A DNA stretch of 58,002 nt from an uncultured Actinomycetes bacterium (GTDB taxonomy: Bacteria > Actinomycetota > Actinomycetes > Nanopelagicales > Nanopelagicaceae). The position numbers were made by a program, and so were the translations under genes. Below, one piece after another: positions 9,983 to 19,023 of the stretch. Under the pieces are notes generated by a model. It made no database searches. It was not told where the DNA came from and saw nothing but the letters and a program-made list of their open reading frames with translations. The stretch covers positions 1 through 58,002 of the forward strand of contig CAIOIJ010000049.1 in assembly GCA_903858325.1 (NCBI GenBank), written 5' to 3'. Numbering within the stretch: the first letter of the stretch is position 1; each line of letters opens with the position of its first letter.

Positions 9983-11175
9983 CCGACAATAACCTCGCCA
10001 GCTTCGTATGTTGCAACGGGATGCGCAAAGGGACCAGGTTCATTTTGTTCAGCATGCACTAAATAAATGTCAGGAATTCCATTGATCAATTGCATAACAG
10101 CTTCACGAATTTCAACGCGCGCAACTTGTTGCCCCACGCAACCGTGAATTCCATGACCAAAACCGACATGACCAAATGCATCACGTGATAAATCAAAACG
10201 ATCAGGGTCGGGAAACTGTGCGGGATCATGATTTGCCGCAACTGGTGAAACCGAAACAGACTGTCCAGCATTGATATGCACGCCCGCTAATTCAAGATCT
10301 TCGGTGGCTGTACGCGGGAATAGAGTGAGAAACATTGCGCCAACGCGCATGAACTCTTCCATTCCACCCATGATCAGCGTTGGATCATCGCGAAGCGCTT
10401 TGAGTTGATCTGGGTTATTGAGCAAAGCTGTCATGCATGTAGCAATCATGTAAGCAACAGAGTCACGTCCTGAAACAAATAACGAGAGCGATAATCCCTC
10501 GATCTCGGGAACAATCAAATCTGTTCGAAGCAAGTCGCTTAGAACATCTTCTGCGAGCAAATTTTTCTTGACATCTAGTACACGCCTAATGAATTCTATT
10601 TTCTTATCTGTCGTCGAATCGCCCACAAAAAGTTTTGAGTACTCATCGCGAAATTGTTCCGGTATTCCTAAGACGCGGATATGACCAGCGGCAGAAATAG
10701 GTTGCGCATAATGTTTTGTGAGATCGACTGGAGTGGGTTGAGATCGTAAATGTTCTAATTGCTTAGCAACTATCGCTTTGATATCACTTTCATAACCACG
10801 GGCTGACCTAACAGAAAAACGATTCAAAATTGTGCGGCGTATACGAGCATGCTGTTCACCATCGAGACCTAAAACGTTTCCCAGGTCGAGTTCGCTTCCC
10901 GAGCTCAATCCATATTGGGCGCTGAGTTCTTCGCCATGATGTGCTGGCATGCGCGCAGGAGATTGACTAAAACGCTTATCTTCTAGAACTAATTTTGCGA
11001 GTTCGTAGCGATTGATAATAAGACCTTCATGTCCATCTGAATAGTCCAAAGGTGTTGCTGCGCCTTCTTCGCGCCAAATTGCAAATGTTGGGGATGGACA
11101 TAGCGGTGTTCCATCGTTGGGTATACGACGCACTTCGTGCATCGGACACTTTGCCTCGTTCTTGATTTCATCCAT
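9973..11175 (-). CDS. Cytochrome P450
   Basis: Heme motif FGHGIHGCVG, EEFMR (ExxR), AANHDP...FPDPDRFD, I-helix SGRDS. Confidence 0.96.
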   Translation of the reverse strand: MDEIKNEAKCPMHEVRRIPNDGTPLCPSPTFAIWREEGAATPLDYSDGHEGLIINRYELAKLVLEDKRFSQSPARMPAHHGEELSAQYGLSSGSELDLGNVLGLDGEQHARIRRTILNRFSVRSARGYESDIKAIVAKQLEHLRSQPTPVDLTKHYAQPISAAGHIRVLGIPEQFRDEYSKLFVGDSTTDKKIEFIRRVLDVKKNLLAEDVLSDLLRTDLIVPEIEGLSLSLFVSGRDSVAYMIATCMTALLNNPDQLKALRDDPTLIMGGMEEFMRVGAMFLTLFPRTATEDLELAGVHINAGQSVSVSPVAANHDPAQFPDPDRFDLSRDAFGHVGFGHGIHGCVGQQVARVEIREAVMQLINGIPDIYLVHAEQNEPGPFAHPVATYEAGEVIVGWN

Positions 11176-11179
11176 TGAA

Positions 11180-12340
11180 CTATTTCTCCATCATTGATCT
11201 AGTTTGGCGAAACTCTCTCGGCATATTCCATCCTACGATTCCAGTTGTTACTCCATCGCGAATCGTAGCGGCGACGAATCGGTTCTCGCTAGTACTTCCT
11301 TGCACAATTGTTAGGGGTAGTTGCGAATCCAAATTGCCTAACATCAGAATCTTATTTCCAAATATTTCAGACCAAAAGAATGGGTGTGACGCTGGAGTAA
11401 TATCTCCAGTTGCAATGAATTTGGCCACTGCCAATCCCTGCTCGATTGCTGAAGTTTGATTTTCCAGACGCATGGCTTTGCCTGAGGCGACATCTGTCCA
11501 ACGTGCAACATCGCCAATTGCAAATATATGTGGCGTTGCTAAACCTTTGGAATCGCACAAAATCCCATTGGATACATCAATTCCAGAGTCTCTAAGCCAA
11601 TCTGTATTGGGATAGCAACCAATAGCTACGACCGCAATATCGCCGTCAATAGTTGAACCATCTGACAAAGTGAACGTTATCTTCGACTCATCTTCACTTA
11701 CCGCTACTACATCAACGCCAAATTTAGTTTTCACATGATTTTCTTCTAATAGAGCATTGATGCGCGATGAGAAGTGTCCACCTGTAAGAGGCAGTTGAGG
11801 CTCTGGCATCCGATCTATAAGAACAGTTTCAATTCCGCGTTCTCTCAAGTTCGAGACAACCTCTGAACCTAGAACGCCAGCACCAATGACAACAGCACTT
11901 TTTGCTTTATCTAATGACTGGCGCAAAGATAAGGCATCATCAATATTGCGCAGTACGTGTACACGTTTGAAATTTGCAGTATTAGGCAAACTGCGAGCAG
12001 ATGCCCCCGTTGCAATAATGAGTTCATCGAAGCGCAATTTTCTTGAATCTGTCCGTACTTCTTGTGCTGCGACATCCACTGAAAGTGCGCTCTCCTCTAG
12101 GTAGAACTGAAAACCTAATTCATCAAACTTTTCCTGCGAATCGATAAATGTTTGATTTTCATTCCACTTACCTGCAAGCACCTGCTTGGAAAGTGGAGGT
12201 CTGTTATATGGCAGATGTTTCTCTGCACCAACAAGAGTTATTCTCTTGTCATACCCTTCAGAACGTAACGCTTGCGCACAAGTAATTCCCGCAATTGAAG
12301 CACCGACTATTACAACACCAGATTCTTCAGGTGCAGACAT
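11180..12340 (-). CDS. NAD(P)H:ferredoxin reductase (putidaredoxin-reductase type)
   Basis: VIVGASIAG, PYNRPPLSK, IATGA, VIGAGVLGSE, FAIGDVA, PFFWSE. Confidence 0.92.
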   Translation of the reverse strand: MSAPEESGVVIVGASIAGITCAQALRSEGYDKRITLVGAEKHLPYNRPPLSKQVLAGKWNENQTFIDSQEKFDELGFQFYLEESALSVDVAAQEVRTDSRKLRFDELIIATGASARSLPNTANFKRVHVLRNIDDALSLRQSLDKAKSAVVIGAGVLGSEVVSNLRERGIETVLIDRMPEPQLPLTGGHFSSRINALLEENHVKTKFGVDVVAVSEDESKITFTLSDGSTIDGDIAVVAIGCYPNTDWLRDSGIDVSNGILCDSKGLATPHIFAIGDVARWTDVASGKAMRLENQTSAIEQGLAVAKFIATGDITPASHPFFWSEIFGNKILMLGNLDSQLPLTIVQGSTSENRFVAATIRDGVTTGIVGWNMPREFRQTRSMMEK

Positions 12341-12342
12341 CG

Positions 12343-12537
12343 CTATTCGTCCAGTGCAATCGCCTTTGCTGGGCATAGTGTCGCCGCTTTGCGCGCGAAT
12401 GCTACAAAATCATCACTTGGATTTTCATCGAGTAATACAACTAAACCTTCGTCATCTTGATCAAAAATTGAACCAGCAACTAAGGCACATTGACCTGCAC
12501 CAATACATGCTTCGCGATCCACTCTGATTTTCATCAT
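12343..12537 (-). CDS. [3Fe-4S] ferredoxin, P450 partner type
   Basis: CIGAGQC...CP motif in a 64-aa acidic protein; GGAGAG Shine-Dalgarno. Confidence 0.93.
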   Translation of the reverse strand: MMKIRVDREACIGAGQCALVAGSIFDQDDEGLVVLLDENPSDDFVAFARKAATLCPAKAIALDE

Positions 12538-12641
12538 CTCTCCATCAATCTCAAGGGTGACTCAGTTGCTAAAAAATACCCTATCGAAAAGGAATATGTG
12601 TAAATATTGGAGAGAATTTCGCCAGTGGTTACACTCGGAAA

Positions 12642-13051
12642 ATGTCAGCACTAGTCGCCAATATTCCAGCATTCTTCCTGACGACATTTTTGTTGGCGAT
12701 GGTGCCCGGTCAGGGTGTTGCAATGGTTCTTCGTCAATCGATTCTTGGTGGATCCAAAGCTGCCATGTACTTGGTCTCATAACAAATCTCACGAACGTAA
12801 AAGCTGCCGTTTTCGCAGTCGCGTTCCTGCCTCAATTTGTCCCCGACAACTTTTCGTTGCGACTGGGTATCTTCATCTTTGGCGCACTTTGGCCTTTAGT
12901 TTCGATGAGTTGGTACTTGATACTTGTTTGGACTGTAGATAAATCAGCAACTTTCATACAGAGAGCTCCAGTACATCGCGCTCTCACTGCAATCTCGGCT
13001 ATAGGTATTGCCGCACTTGCAATCGGACTGGCTCTCTCGACTTCGCGCTAG
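12642..13051 (+). pseudogene. LysE/RhtB translocator with internal deletion and frameshift
   Basis: Frame from ATG 12642 reads MSALVANIPAFFLTTFLLAMVPGQGVAMVLRQSILGGSKAAMY (stop 12780-12782); another frame from about 12770 reads LGLITNLTNVKAAVF to the C-terminus; central helices missing. Confidence 0.8.
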
Positions 13052-13074
13052 AGATAGTCCATATTTACTAGCTA

Positions 13075-13560
13075 CTAGTCGCCGAGACCCTCGTGATTTG
13101 CAAACTCCCACAGATCTATTGCATCCAAATCAATGATTTTCAAACCATGGCTAGCAAAAATCCCAGCTATTTGCGCGCGGTGTTCTGTAGCGTGATGAAT
13201 AGATTGCGTCAGAAAAGTTTCGCGAGAACGTCGAATCAAACGTTCACCGTTAGAAAATTCGATGAAGCCAACAGGTTCCTTTGCAGACTCGCGAAGTCGG
13301 GCATCAAAAGTTGCAGATAATTTGCCCAACGCAATCACTTCTTGCGATGTCGTAGGTGGCGCTGTTTCTACTTCACCCAAGCCATCTAGTTCGTGGGCAT
13401 ATCGTGAGGCAGTGAGATGCTCCAGAATTTCGGCAGCACTCCAATTGTCATTGGGTGCACAGAGCGTGAGTTGCTCCGGGGTGCAGTGGGACATTTTTTC
13501 GAAAACATATGAATTCGCCCATGCTAAGTGACGAAAAAGTCGGTCTGTAACTAGATCCAT
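13075..13560 (-). CDS. DinB family protein
   Basis: RLFRHLAWAN, ILEHL, IHHATEHRAQI. Confidence 0.85.
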   Translation of the reverse strand: MDLVTDRLFRHLAWANSYVFEKMSHCTPEQLTLCAPNDNWSAAEILEHLTASRYAHELDGLGEVETAPPTTSQEVIALGKLSATFDARLRESAKEPVGFIEFSNGERLIRRSRETFLTQSIHHATEHRAQIAGIFASHGLKIIDLDAIDLWEFANHEGLGD

Positions 13561-13616
13561 GGCGCAACCATATAACAGTGTGGGATATCGGCAATGTAAT
13601 ACGACATACTCTCCCC

Positions 13617-14474
13617 ATGACTACATGGGGTACACCAGATATGTTTTCCAACCTTGCACGAGTGATGGTTAGAACGCCGACAACAATCGGAAAATTTGTT
13701 GAAGAAGGTCATTGGAGAATGCCTGACACTGTGGCACTGCTTGAGGAACACAAATCTTTTACGCAATTACTGCAATCACTAGGTTGCACAGTCGATGTTG
13801 CGTCATCAATTGATGGTCTTGTCGATTCTGTCTACATGCATGATCCGATGATTATGACTCCGCACGGAGCAATTCTCTTGCGCATGGCAAAGCCAGTTCG
13901 CTCCCCTGAACCCGGATTTTTCCGCAAAGATTTAGAAGCAATCGGCGTTCCCATTCTCGGAGAACTTACGGCCCCTGCGTATGCCGATGGCGGCGATAAA
14001 GTTTGGCTAGATGAAAAAACTTTACTCATAGGACATAGTTATAGAACCAATACCGTGGGCATCGAACAAATTAGAGAAATGCTTACTCCGTTTGGCGTCG
14101 ATGTTCTTTCATTTGATTTACCGCACTATGAAGGCCCAGGAGCGGTACTGCATTTGATGAGCGTTCTATCCCCTATTGCTCATGACAAAGCTGTTGTTTA
14201 TGAACCTCTTGCCCCAGCACGTTTATTGCAATATTTGGAATCTCGCGGAATCACTTGGTTTACCGTCAGTGAAAAAGAGATGCTCACTCAAGGTAGCAAT
14301 ATTTTGGCAATTCGCCCCAACGTTGTTGTTTTAGCCGCAGGCAATCCCGAAATCGAAAGTAAATTGAAAAACGCGGGTGTTGAAGTTCATCTCTTTACTG
14401 GCAATAACGTAGCTGTCAAAGGCGATGGTGGGCCAACTTGCATGACGGCACCATTGCTGCGAATCCCTAACTAA
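13617..14474 (+). CDS. Amidinotransferase superfamily (dimethylarginine dimethylaminohydrolase / arginine deiminase-like)
   Basis: DSVYMHDP, DGGD, RTN, LHLMS, GDGGPTCMT catalytic Cys; leaderless ATG 13617 after CATACT. Confidence 0.85.
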   Translation: MTTWGTPDMFSNLARVMVRTPTTIGKFVEEGHWRMPDTVALLEEHKSFTQLLQSLGCTVDVASSIDGLVDSVYMHDPMIMTPHGAILLRMAKPVRSPEPGFFRKDLEAIGVPILGELTAPAYADGGDKVWLDEKTLLIGHSYRTNTVGIEQIREMLTPFGVDVLSFDLPHYEGPGAVLHLMSVLSPIAHDKAVVYEPLAPARLLQYLESRGITWFTVSEKEMLTQGSNILAIRPNVVVLAAGNPEIESKLKNAGVEVHLFTGNNVAVKGDGGPTCMTAPLLRIPN

Positions 14475-14573
14475 ACTTATTTATATCCTTTAGGACATAG
14501 GAGTTTAGTTCCAGAAACTTTCTTGCGGAATTCTTGCCCGCGCCAAAGTTGAGATCATAAGAAATAGCCGAAC

Positions 14574-16193
14574 CTAAACCTCTGAAATCATCGTTATTGC
14601 ACTGGCTGGACATTCAGAGACACAGATTCCACAACCTTTGCAGTAATCCATATTGATTTCGAAACCTTTGCCAGGGCCGAGTTTGATGATTGCATTATCT
14701 GGGCAAACCCCAAAGCAGTTATCGCATTCAAAGCAATTTCCACACGACATACAACGACGTGCTTCGTAGAGTGCGGTTGATTCATCAAGACCTTTGACGA
14801 CCTCTGAAAAATCTTGCACACGACGCGATGCTTCTAGACGTTCACGCACAGCATGTGGTGCATCGGTGTAATACCAAGTGTTGAGATCTTCAAATGCAAC
14901 TACAGGCTTATCGCTCTCTTTTTCATATGTTGTCATACGTAGCCAAGCATCAATATTGCGAGCAGCTTTTTTGCCATGACCAATACTTGTCGTCACTGTG
15001 CGATCTGCAGGGATCATGTCACCACCAGCAAAAATACCCGGATGCGTAGTCATCATCGTGTGATCAACTGGCATCACACCATCTTTAGTATCGATATCTG
15101 CGCTGTTACCAAGTAAGGAGAAATCTACTTCTTGACCAAGTGCCAAAATTAGTGAATCGGCTTCTAGGTATTCGATTTCACCTGTTGGTTGCGGAAATCC
15201 AGATTCATCTAGTTCCATTTTTTCAATTTGAAGAGATCCACCTTCGGCATGCTTGACGGTGGATAGCCACTTCATCAAAATACCTTCTTCGAGGGCCTCT
15301 TCGATTTCCATGTCATTTGCCGGTGCTTTGTCGCGAGTTCGTCGGTAAACAATGATCGCTTCTTCTGCACCTAAACGCTTTGCAGAACGCGCAACATCCA
15401 TTGCAGTATTTCCACCACCATAGACAACAACTTTGCGACCTAACAACGGTTGATTTCCATCTTCAACATCGTGCAAAACCTTTATTGCATCGAGTATGCG
15501 CGCAGATTCACTGGCTGGAATATATGCACGTTTTGAAAGTTGAGCACCAATTGCTAGAAAGACTGCATTGAAACCTTCATTGAGTGCATCGTGAACATCA
15601 TCTACCCGTGTATCGAATTCGAATTTCACGCCCATCTCTTTGATTCGATTTACTTCAGCATCGAGAATGTTGCGTGGTAAGCGGTATTGAGGGATTCCGT
15701 AGCGCATCATTCCGCCCGGTGCATGGGTTGCATCGCGAACTACAACGGTGTGTCCCATTCTTCGCAAATGATATGCAGCCGATAAACCAGCAGGTCCTGC
15801 ACCAATGACCAGAACGCTAAATCCAGTTTCATGATCAGGAGGATCTATCTTCCAGCCCTTTTCAATTGCATGATCTCCCAAGAAGCGTTCCACTGAGTTG
15901 ATTCCCACTGCTTCATCGAGCTCTGCGCGATTGCATGCAACTTGGCAGGGGTGATAACAGACGCGTCCCATGATTGCTGGGAATGGGTTTTCTTTTATCA
16001 GTTCTCGCCATGCAGCTTCGTAGGAACCATCTTCTGCGATGTAGAGCCAATTCTGAATATTTTCTCCTGCGGGACAAGCGTTATTACATGGTGGCATGCG
16101 GTGAACATATTCAGGATGTTCTACACGCCAAGTACCAGTGTGATTAGCCAAACTAGAACCAACATTGAGAGTGATTGCATATGGTTTTTCCAC
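14574..16193 (-). CDS. GltD/DsrL-like Fe-S flavoprotein fused with a 2-oxoacid oxidoreductase delta (ferredoxin) subunit
   Basis: PCNNACP, GRVCYHPCQVACNR, GAGPAG, GGGNTAMDVAR, FAGGD; C-terminal CFECDNCFGVCP and YCKGCGICVSECP; N-terminal GSSLANHTGTWR. Confidence 0.85.
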   Translation of the reverse strand: MEKPYAITLNVGSSLANHTGTWRVEHPEYVHRMPPCNNACPAGENIQNWLYIAEDGSYEAAWRELIKENPFPAIMGRVCYHPCQVACNRAELDEAVGINSVERFLGDHAIEKGWKIDPPDHETGFSVLVIGAGPAGLSAAYHLRRMGHTVVVRDATHAPGGMMRYGIPQYRLPRNILDAEVNRIKEMGVKFEFDTRVDDVHDALNEGFNAVFLAIGAQLSKRAYIPASESARILDAIKVLHDVEDGNQPLLGRKVVVYGGGNTAMDVARSAKRLGAEEAIIVYRRTRDKAPANDMEIEEALEEGILMKWLSTVKHAEGGSLQIEKMELDESGFPQPTGEIEYLEADSLILALGQEVDFSLLGNSADIDTKDGVMPVDHTMMTTHPGIFAGGDMIPADRTVTTSIGHGKKAARNIDAWLRMTTYEKESDKPVVAFEDLNTWYYTDAPHAVRERLEASRRVQDFSEVVKGLDESTALYEARRCMSCGNCFECDNCFGVCPDNAIIKLGPGKGFEINMDYCKGCGICVSECPASAITMISEV

Positions 16194-16195
16194 GG

Positions 16196-17188
16196 TTACT
16201 CCCCCATCAATTCATAACGCGCAATATTTTTATCTGCCATTCGACGCAAGTGTGAAATTACATCCTCACGACGAGTTGGTGAGAAGAGATGTGCATATCG
16301 AGACTGTAATTTCAAATACTCTTCGACATCGACTTTATGGCGAATTTTTGTAGATGCAACAACTTCTCCATTGACCGCTTCAAATACTGGGAAGAGACCA
16401 CTTTGCGTTGCAAGGCGCGCAATTTTTATCGTGTCACACGATGCCGAACCCCAACCGAGTGGGCATGGAACGAGAACGTGCAAATAACGGGCGCCGCGAA
16501 ATTCCATTGCGCGAGTAACTTTTGCTTCTAGATCGCGAAGGTCGGCAATTGTCGCAGTAGCTACATAAGGAATTTCGTGAGCCATTGCGATGCGCGGCAA
16601 AAACTTTCCTTGACCAAAAGTATTTCCTGGCTCTTCTCCAACTGCTTGTGTTGTTGCAGTTCGCGCAGCGGGAGGTGTTGCACCAGAGCGTTGAACTCCC
16701 GTATTCATATATGCCTCATTGTCGTAACAGATGTAGAGAACATCATCATTGCGCTCGAACATTCCACTGAGTGCGCCGAATCCGATATCAACTGTTGCGC
16801 CATCTCCCCCTTGGCCAACGACGCGGATATCGGTGCGTCCTTGAGCTTTGAGGGCAGCAGCCACACCTGTTGCAACTGCTGGCGCATTTCCAAAGAGTGA
16901 ATGCAACCAAGCAATGCGCCATGAACTTTCTGGGTATGGAGTTGAAAATACTTCGAGGCATCCTGTTGCATTGACTGCAATGATTTGATCATTGGCCGCA
17001 CGCATCGCGGCATCGAGTGCGTAGCGAGCACCTAGTGCTTCACCGCAACCCTGACATGCACGATGTCCTGATGTAAGCGCATTAGCTCGATCTGGATTTG
17101 ATTGCCCAGATCTTTCTTCTTCGGTAAGTAAGCGGTTACCTACAGCAAAACTACCTACTTGATAAAACTTCACCGGCGTTGTTGTCAT
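16196..17188 (-). CDS. porB: Pyruvate/2-oxoacid:ferredoxin oxidoreductase beta subunit (TPP)
   Basis: GHRACQGCG, TGCLEV, GGDG...YDNEAYMNTG, PCPLGW. Confidence 0.92.
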   Translation of the reverse strand: MTTTPVKFYQVGSFAVGNRLLTEEERSGQSNPDRANALTSGHRACQGCGEALGARYALDAAMRAANDQIIAVNATGCLEVFSTPYPESSWRIAWLHSLFGNAPAVATGVAAALKAQGRTDIRVVGQGGDGATVDIGFGALSGMFERNDDVLYICYDNEAYMNTGVQRSGATPPAARTATTQAVGEEPGNTFGQGKFLPRIAMAHEIPYVATATIADLRDLEAKVTRAMEFRGARYLHVLVPCPLGWGSASCDTIKIARLATQSGLFPVFEAVNGEVVASTKIRHKVDVEEYLKLQSRYAHLFSPTRREDVISHLRRMADKNIARYELMGE

Positions 17189-18384
17189 CGCAGTGCCCTC
17201 TCCTTGGCAAGTTCACTTTCAACAATATTTACATCCAGGTCAAGGAAAGTAAGTTCGGCGACCGAATCATTCATCGCACGAAGTACATATTCCTTGAGAG
17301 ATTTCATTGTGATCGAGCGCCCACCCAAACCTGCGATGAGAGTGAAATCCTTGATTTGAGTTCCACGAAGTGATGTACGGACATCAGCCGTGACGATTCC
17401 ACCGACACCTGTAGAAAGTGCTTTCTCTAGTACAACAACACGTTTGGCACCAGTTACTGCTTGCCGCAGTTGATCGAATGGAAATGGTCTAAATGAAGTG
17501 AGTCCAACTAATCCAATGCTGTGACCTTGTACCTGCATCTCATCAACTAAATCTTTGAGCGTGCCAATAATTGAACCTAAAGCAATAATAATTGTTTCAG
17601 CGCCATCACACTTGTATGACTTGAGCAGTCCACCTGAATCACGGCCAAACTGCGATTCGAACTCGACGCCAACTTCTTGAATGGTCTCTAAGGAATCAAT
17701 CATTCTTTGATGGGCTAAATACTTTACTTCCAAGAAAGTTTCAGGACCTACCATCGCTCCAATTGAAACAGGCTCAGCTGGATCCAATACTTGACGTGGA
17801 ACAAATGGTTTCAAGAACTTACTTACTTCAGGCTCTTCAGGGATATCAACTTGTTCATATGCATGAGTGAGAATGAATCCATCCATACAAACCATCACTG
17901 GAAGTGACATCTCTTCTGCGATTCTAAAAGCTTGAATATGTAAATCAGTTGCCTCTTGATTGTTTTCTGCGTAGAGCTGAATCCAACCTGAATCTCGTTG
18001 TGACATGGAATCGCTGTGATCATTCCAAATATTGATAGGAGCACCAATTGCGCGATTAGCAACAGTCATAACAATAGGTAGCCCTAAACCAGATGCGTTA
18101 TAAACAGCTTCAACCATATAAAGCAATCCCTGACTTGCAGTAGCTGTGTATGTACGTGCACCAGTTGCACTCGAACCGATTGCTACCGACATTGCAGAAA
18201 ACTCTGATTCAACATTGATAAATTCGCAGCCTGTTAGCGTTCCGTTCTTTACCAATTGACTCAAACCTTCAACAATGTGTGTTTGTGGCGAGATTGGGTA
18301 GGCACAAATAACTTGCGGCTTGCATGCAGCCACAACATCGGCAATCGCTTTTGAACCTTCAACTTGTCTAAGCATGTGCGGCAA
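17185..18384 (-). CDS. porA: Pyruvate/2-oxoacid:ferredoxin oxidoreductase alpha subunit
   Basis: AYPISPQT, VESEFSA, TATASQGL, ANRAIGAPINIWNDHSD, DGFILTH; true start may be the second Met (18375). Confidence 0.92.
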   Translation of the reverse strand: MPHMLRQVEGSKAIADVVAACKPQVICAYPISPQTHIVEGLSQLVKNGTLTGCEFINVESEFSAMSVAIGSSATGARTYTATASQGLLYMVEAVYNASGLGLPIVMTVANRAIGAPINIWNDHSDSMSQRDSGWIQLYAENNQEATDLHIQAFRIAEEMSLPVMVCMDGFILTHAYEQVDIPEEPEVSKFLKPFVPRQVLDPAEPVSIGAMVGPETFLEVKYLAHQRMIDSLETIQEVGVEFESQFGRDSGGLLKSYKCDGAETIIIALGSIIGTLKDLVDEMQVQGHSIGLVGLTSFRPFPFDQLRQAVTGAKRVVVLEKALSTGVGGIVTADVRTSLRGTQIKDFTLIAGLGGRSITMKSLKEYVLRAMNDSVAELTFLDLDVNIVESELAKERALR

Positions 18385-18937
18385 CCATTTTCTCTACATA
18401 AGCAAAAGCTGCGGTAGCGGCGGCGCAGTTACCAGCAGCGATCTTTGGCTTGAATTTTTCATTGATTGCATCAGTAACAGAATGCAACGAAACAACGCCT
18501 GTATAAGCTGCGAACGCGCCTAGCAACACGGCATTAGGGACCGGGCGTCCAAGATGTTCCATTGCCAATTCGGTTGCTGGAACAATAATGATGCGATTAT
18601 GCTCCATCAGTTCTTCGGAAAGTTCGAGTTCTTGAGCGTTCATTTTCGAATTTATGATGACAAAGCCATCTTTTTTCAAACCTGAGAAGACATCAACCTG
18701 CTTGAGCAAACTTGCATCTTGAATAATGAGTGAATCTGGCTCCATGATTGGTTCACGAATACGAATTGGTTTCTCTGAAATTCTGCAAAATGCAACAACT
18801 GGAGCGCCTGTGCGTTCTGAACCAAAACTTGGAAATGCTTGCGCATGTTTCTTTTCGTCGAATACGGCCTGCGCTAATAATTCAGCAGCGGTAACAACTC
18901 CTTGTCCACCTCTCCCGTGGATACGGACTTGAAACAT
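18368..18937 (-). CDS. porC: Pyruvate/2-oxoacid:ferredoxin oxidoreductase gamma subunit
   Basis: RIHGRGGQGVVT, FPSFGSERTGAPV, PNAVLLGA. Confidence 0.92.
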   Translation of the reverse strand: MFQVRIHGRGGQGVVTAAELLAQAVFDEKKHAQAFPSFGSERTGAPVVAFCRISEKPIRIREPIMEPDSLIIQDASLLKQVDVFSGLKKDGFVIINSKMNAQELELSEELMEHNRIIIVPATELAMEHLGRPVPNAVLLGAFAAYTGVVSLHSVTDAINEKFKPKIAAGNCAAATAAFAYVEKMVAAHA

Positions 18938-19023
18938 CGATAACGCCTCATTCCTTTTGAGGCAATTCTCGTACTATTGAAAAATTCTAAATCCGCTTTT
19001 AGCAGGGCTGGCACTCATAGAAA

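Noticed and set aside
14574-16193. Glutamate synthase small subunit (gltD)
   Set aside because: There is no adjacent gltB; it has PorD-like termini and lies in the por operon.
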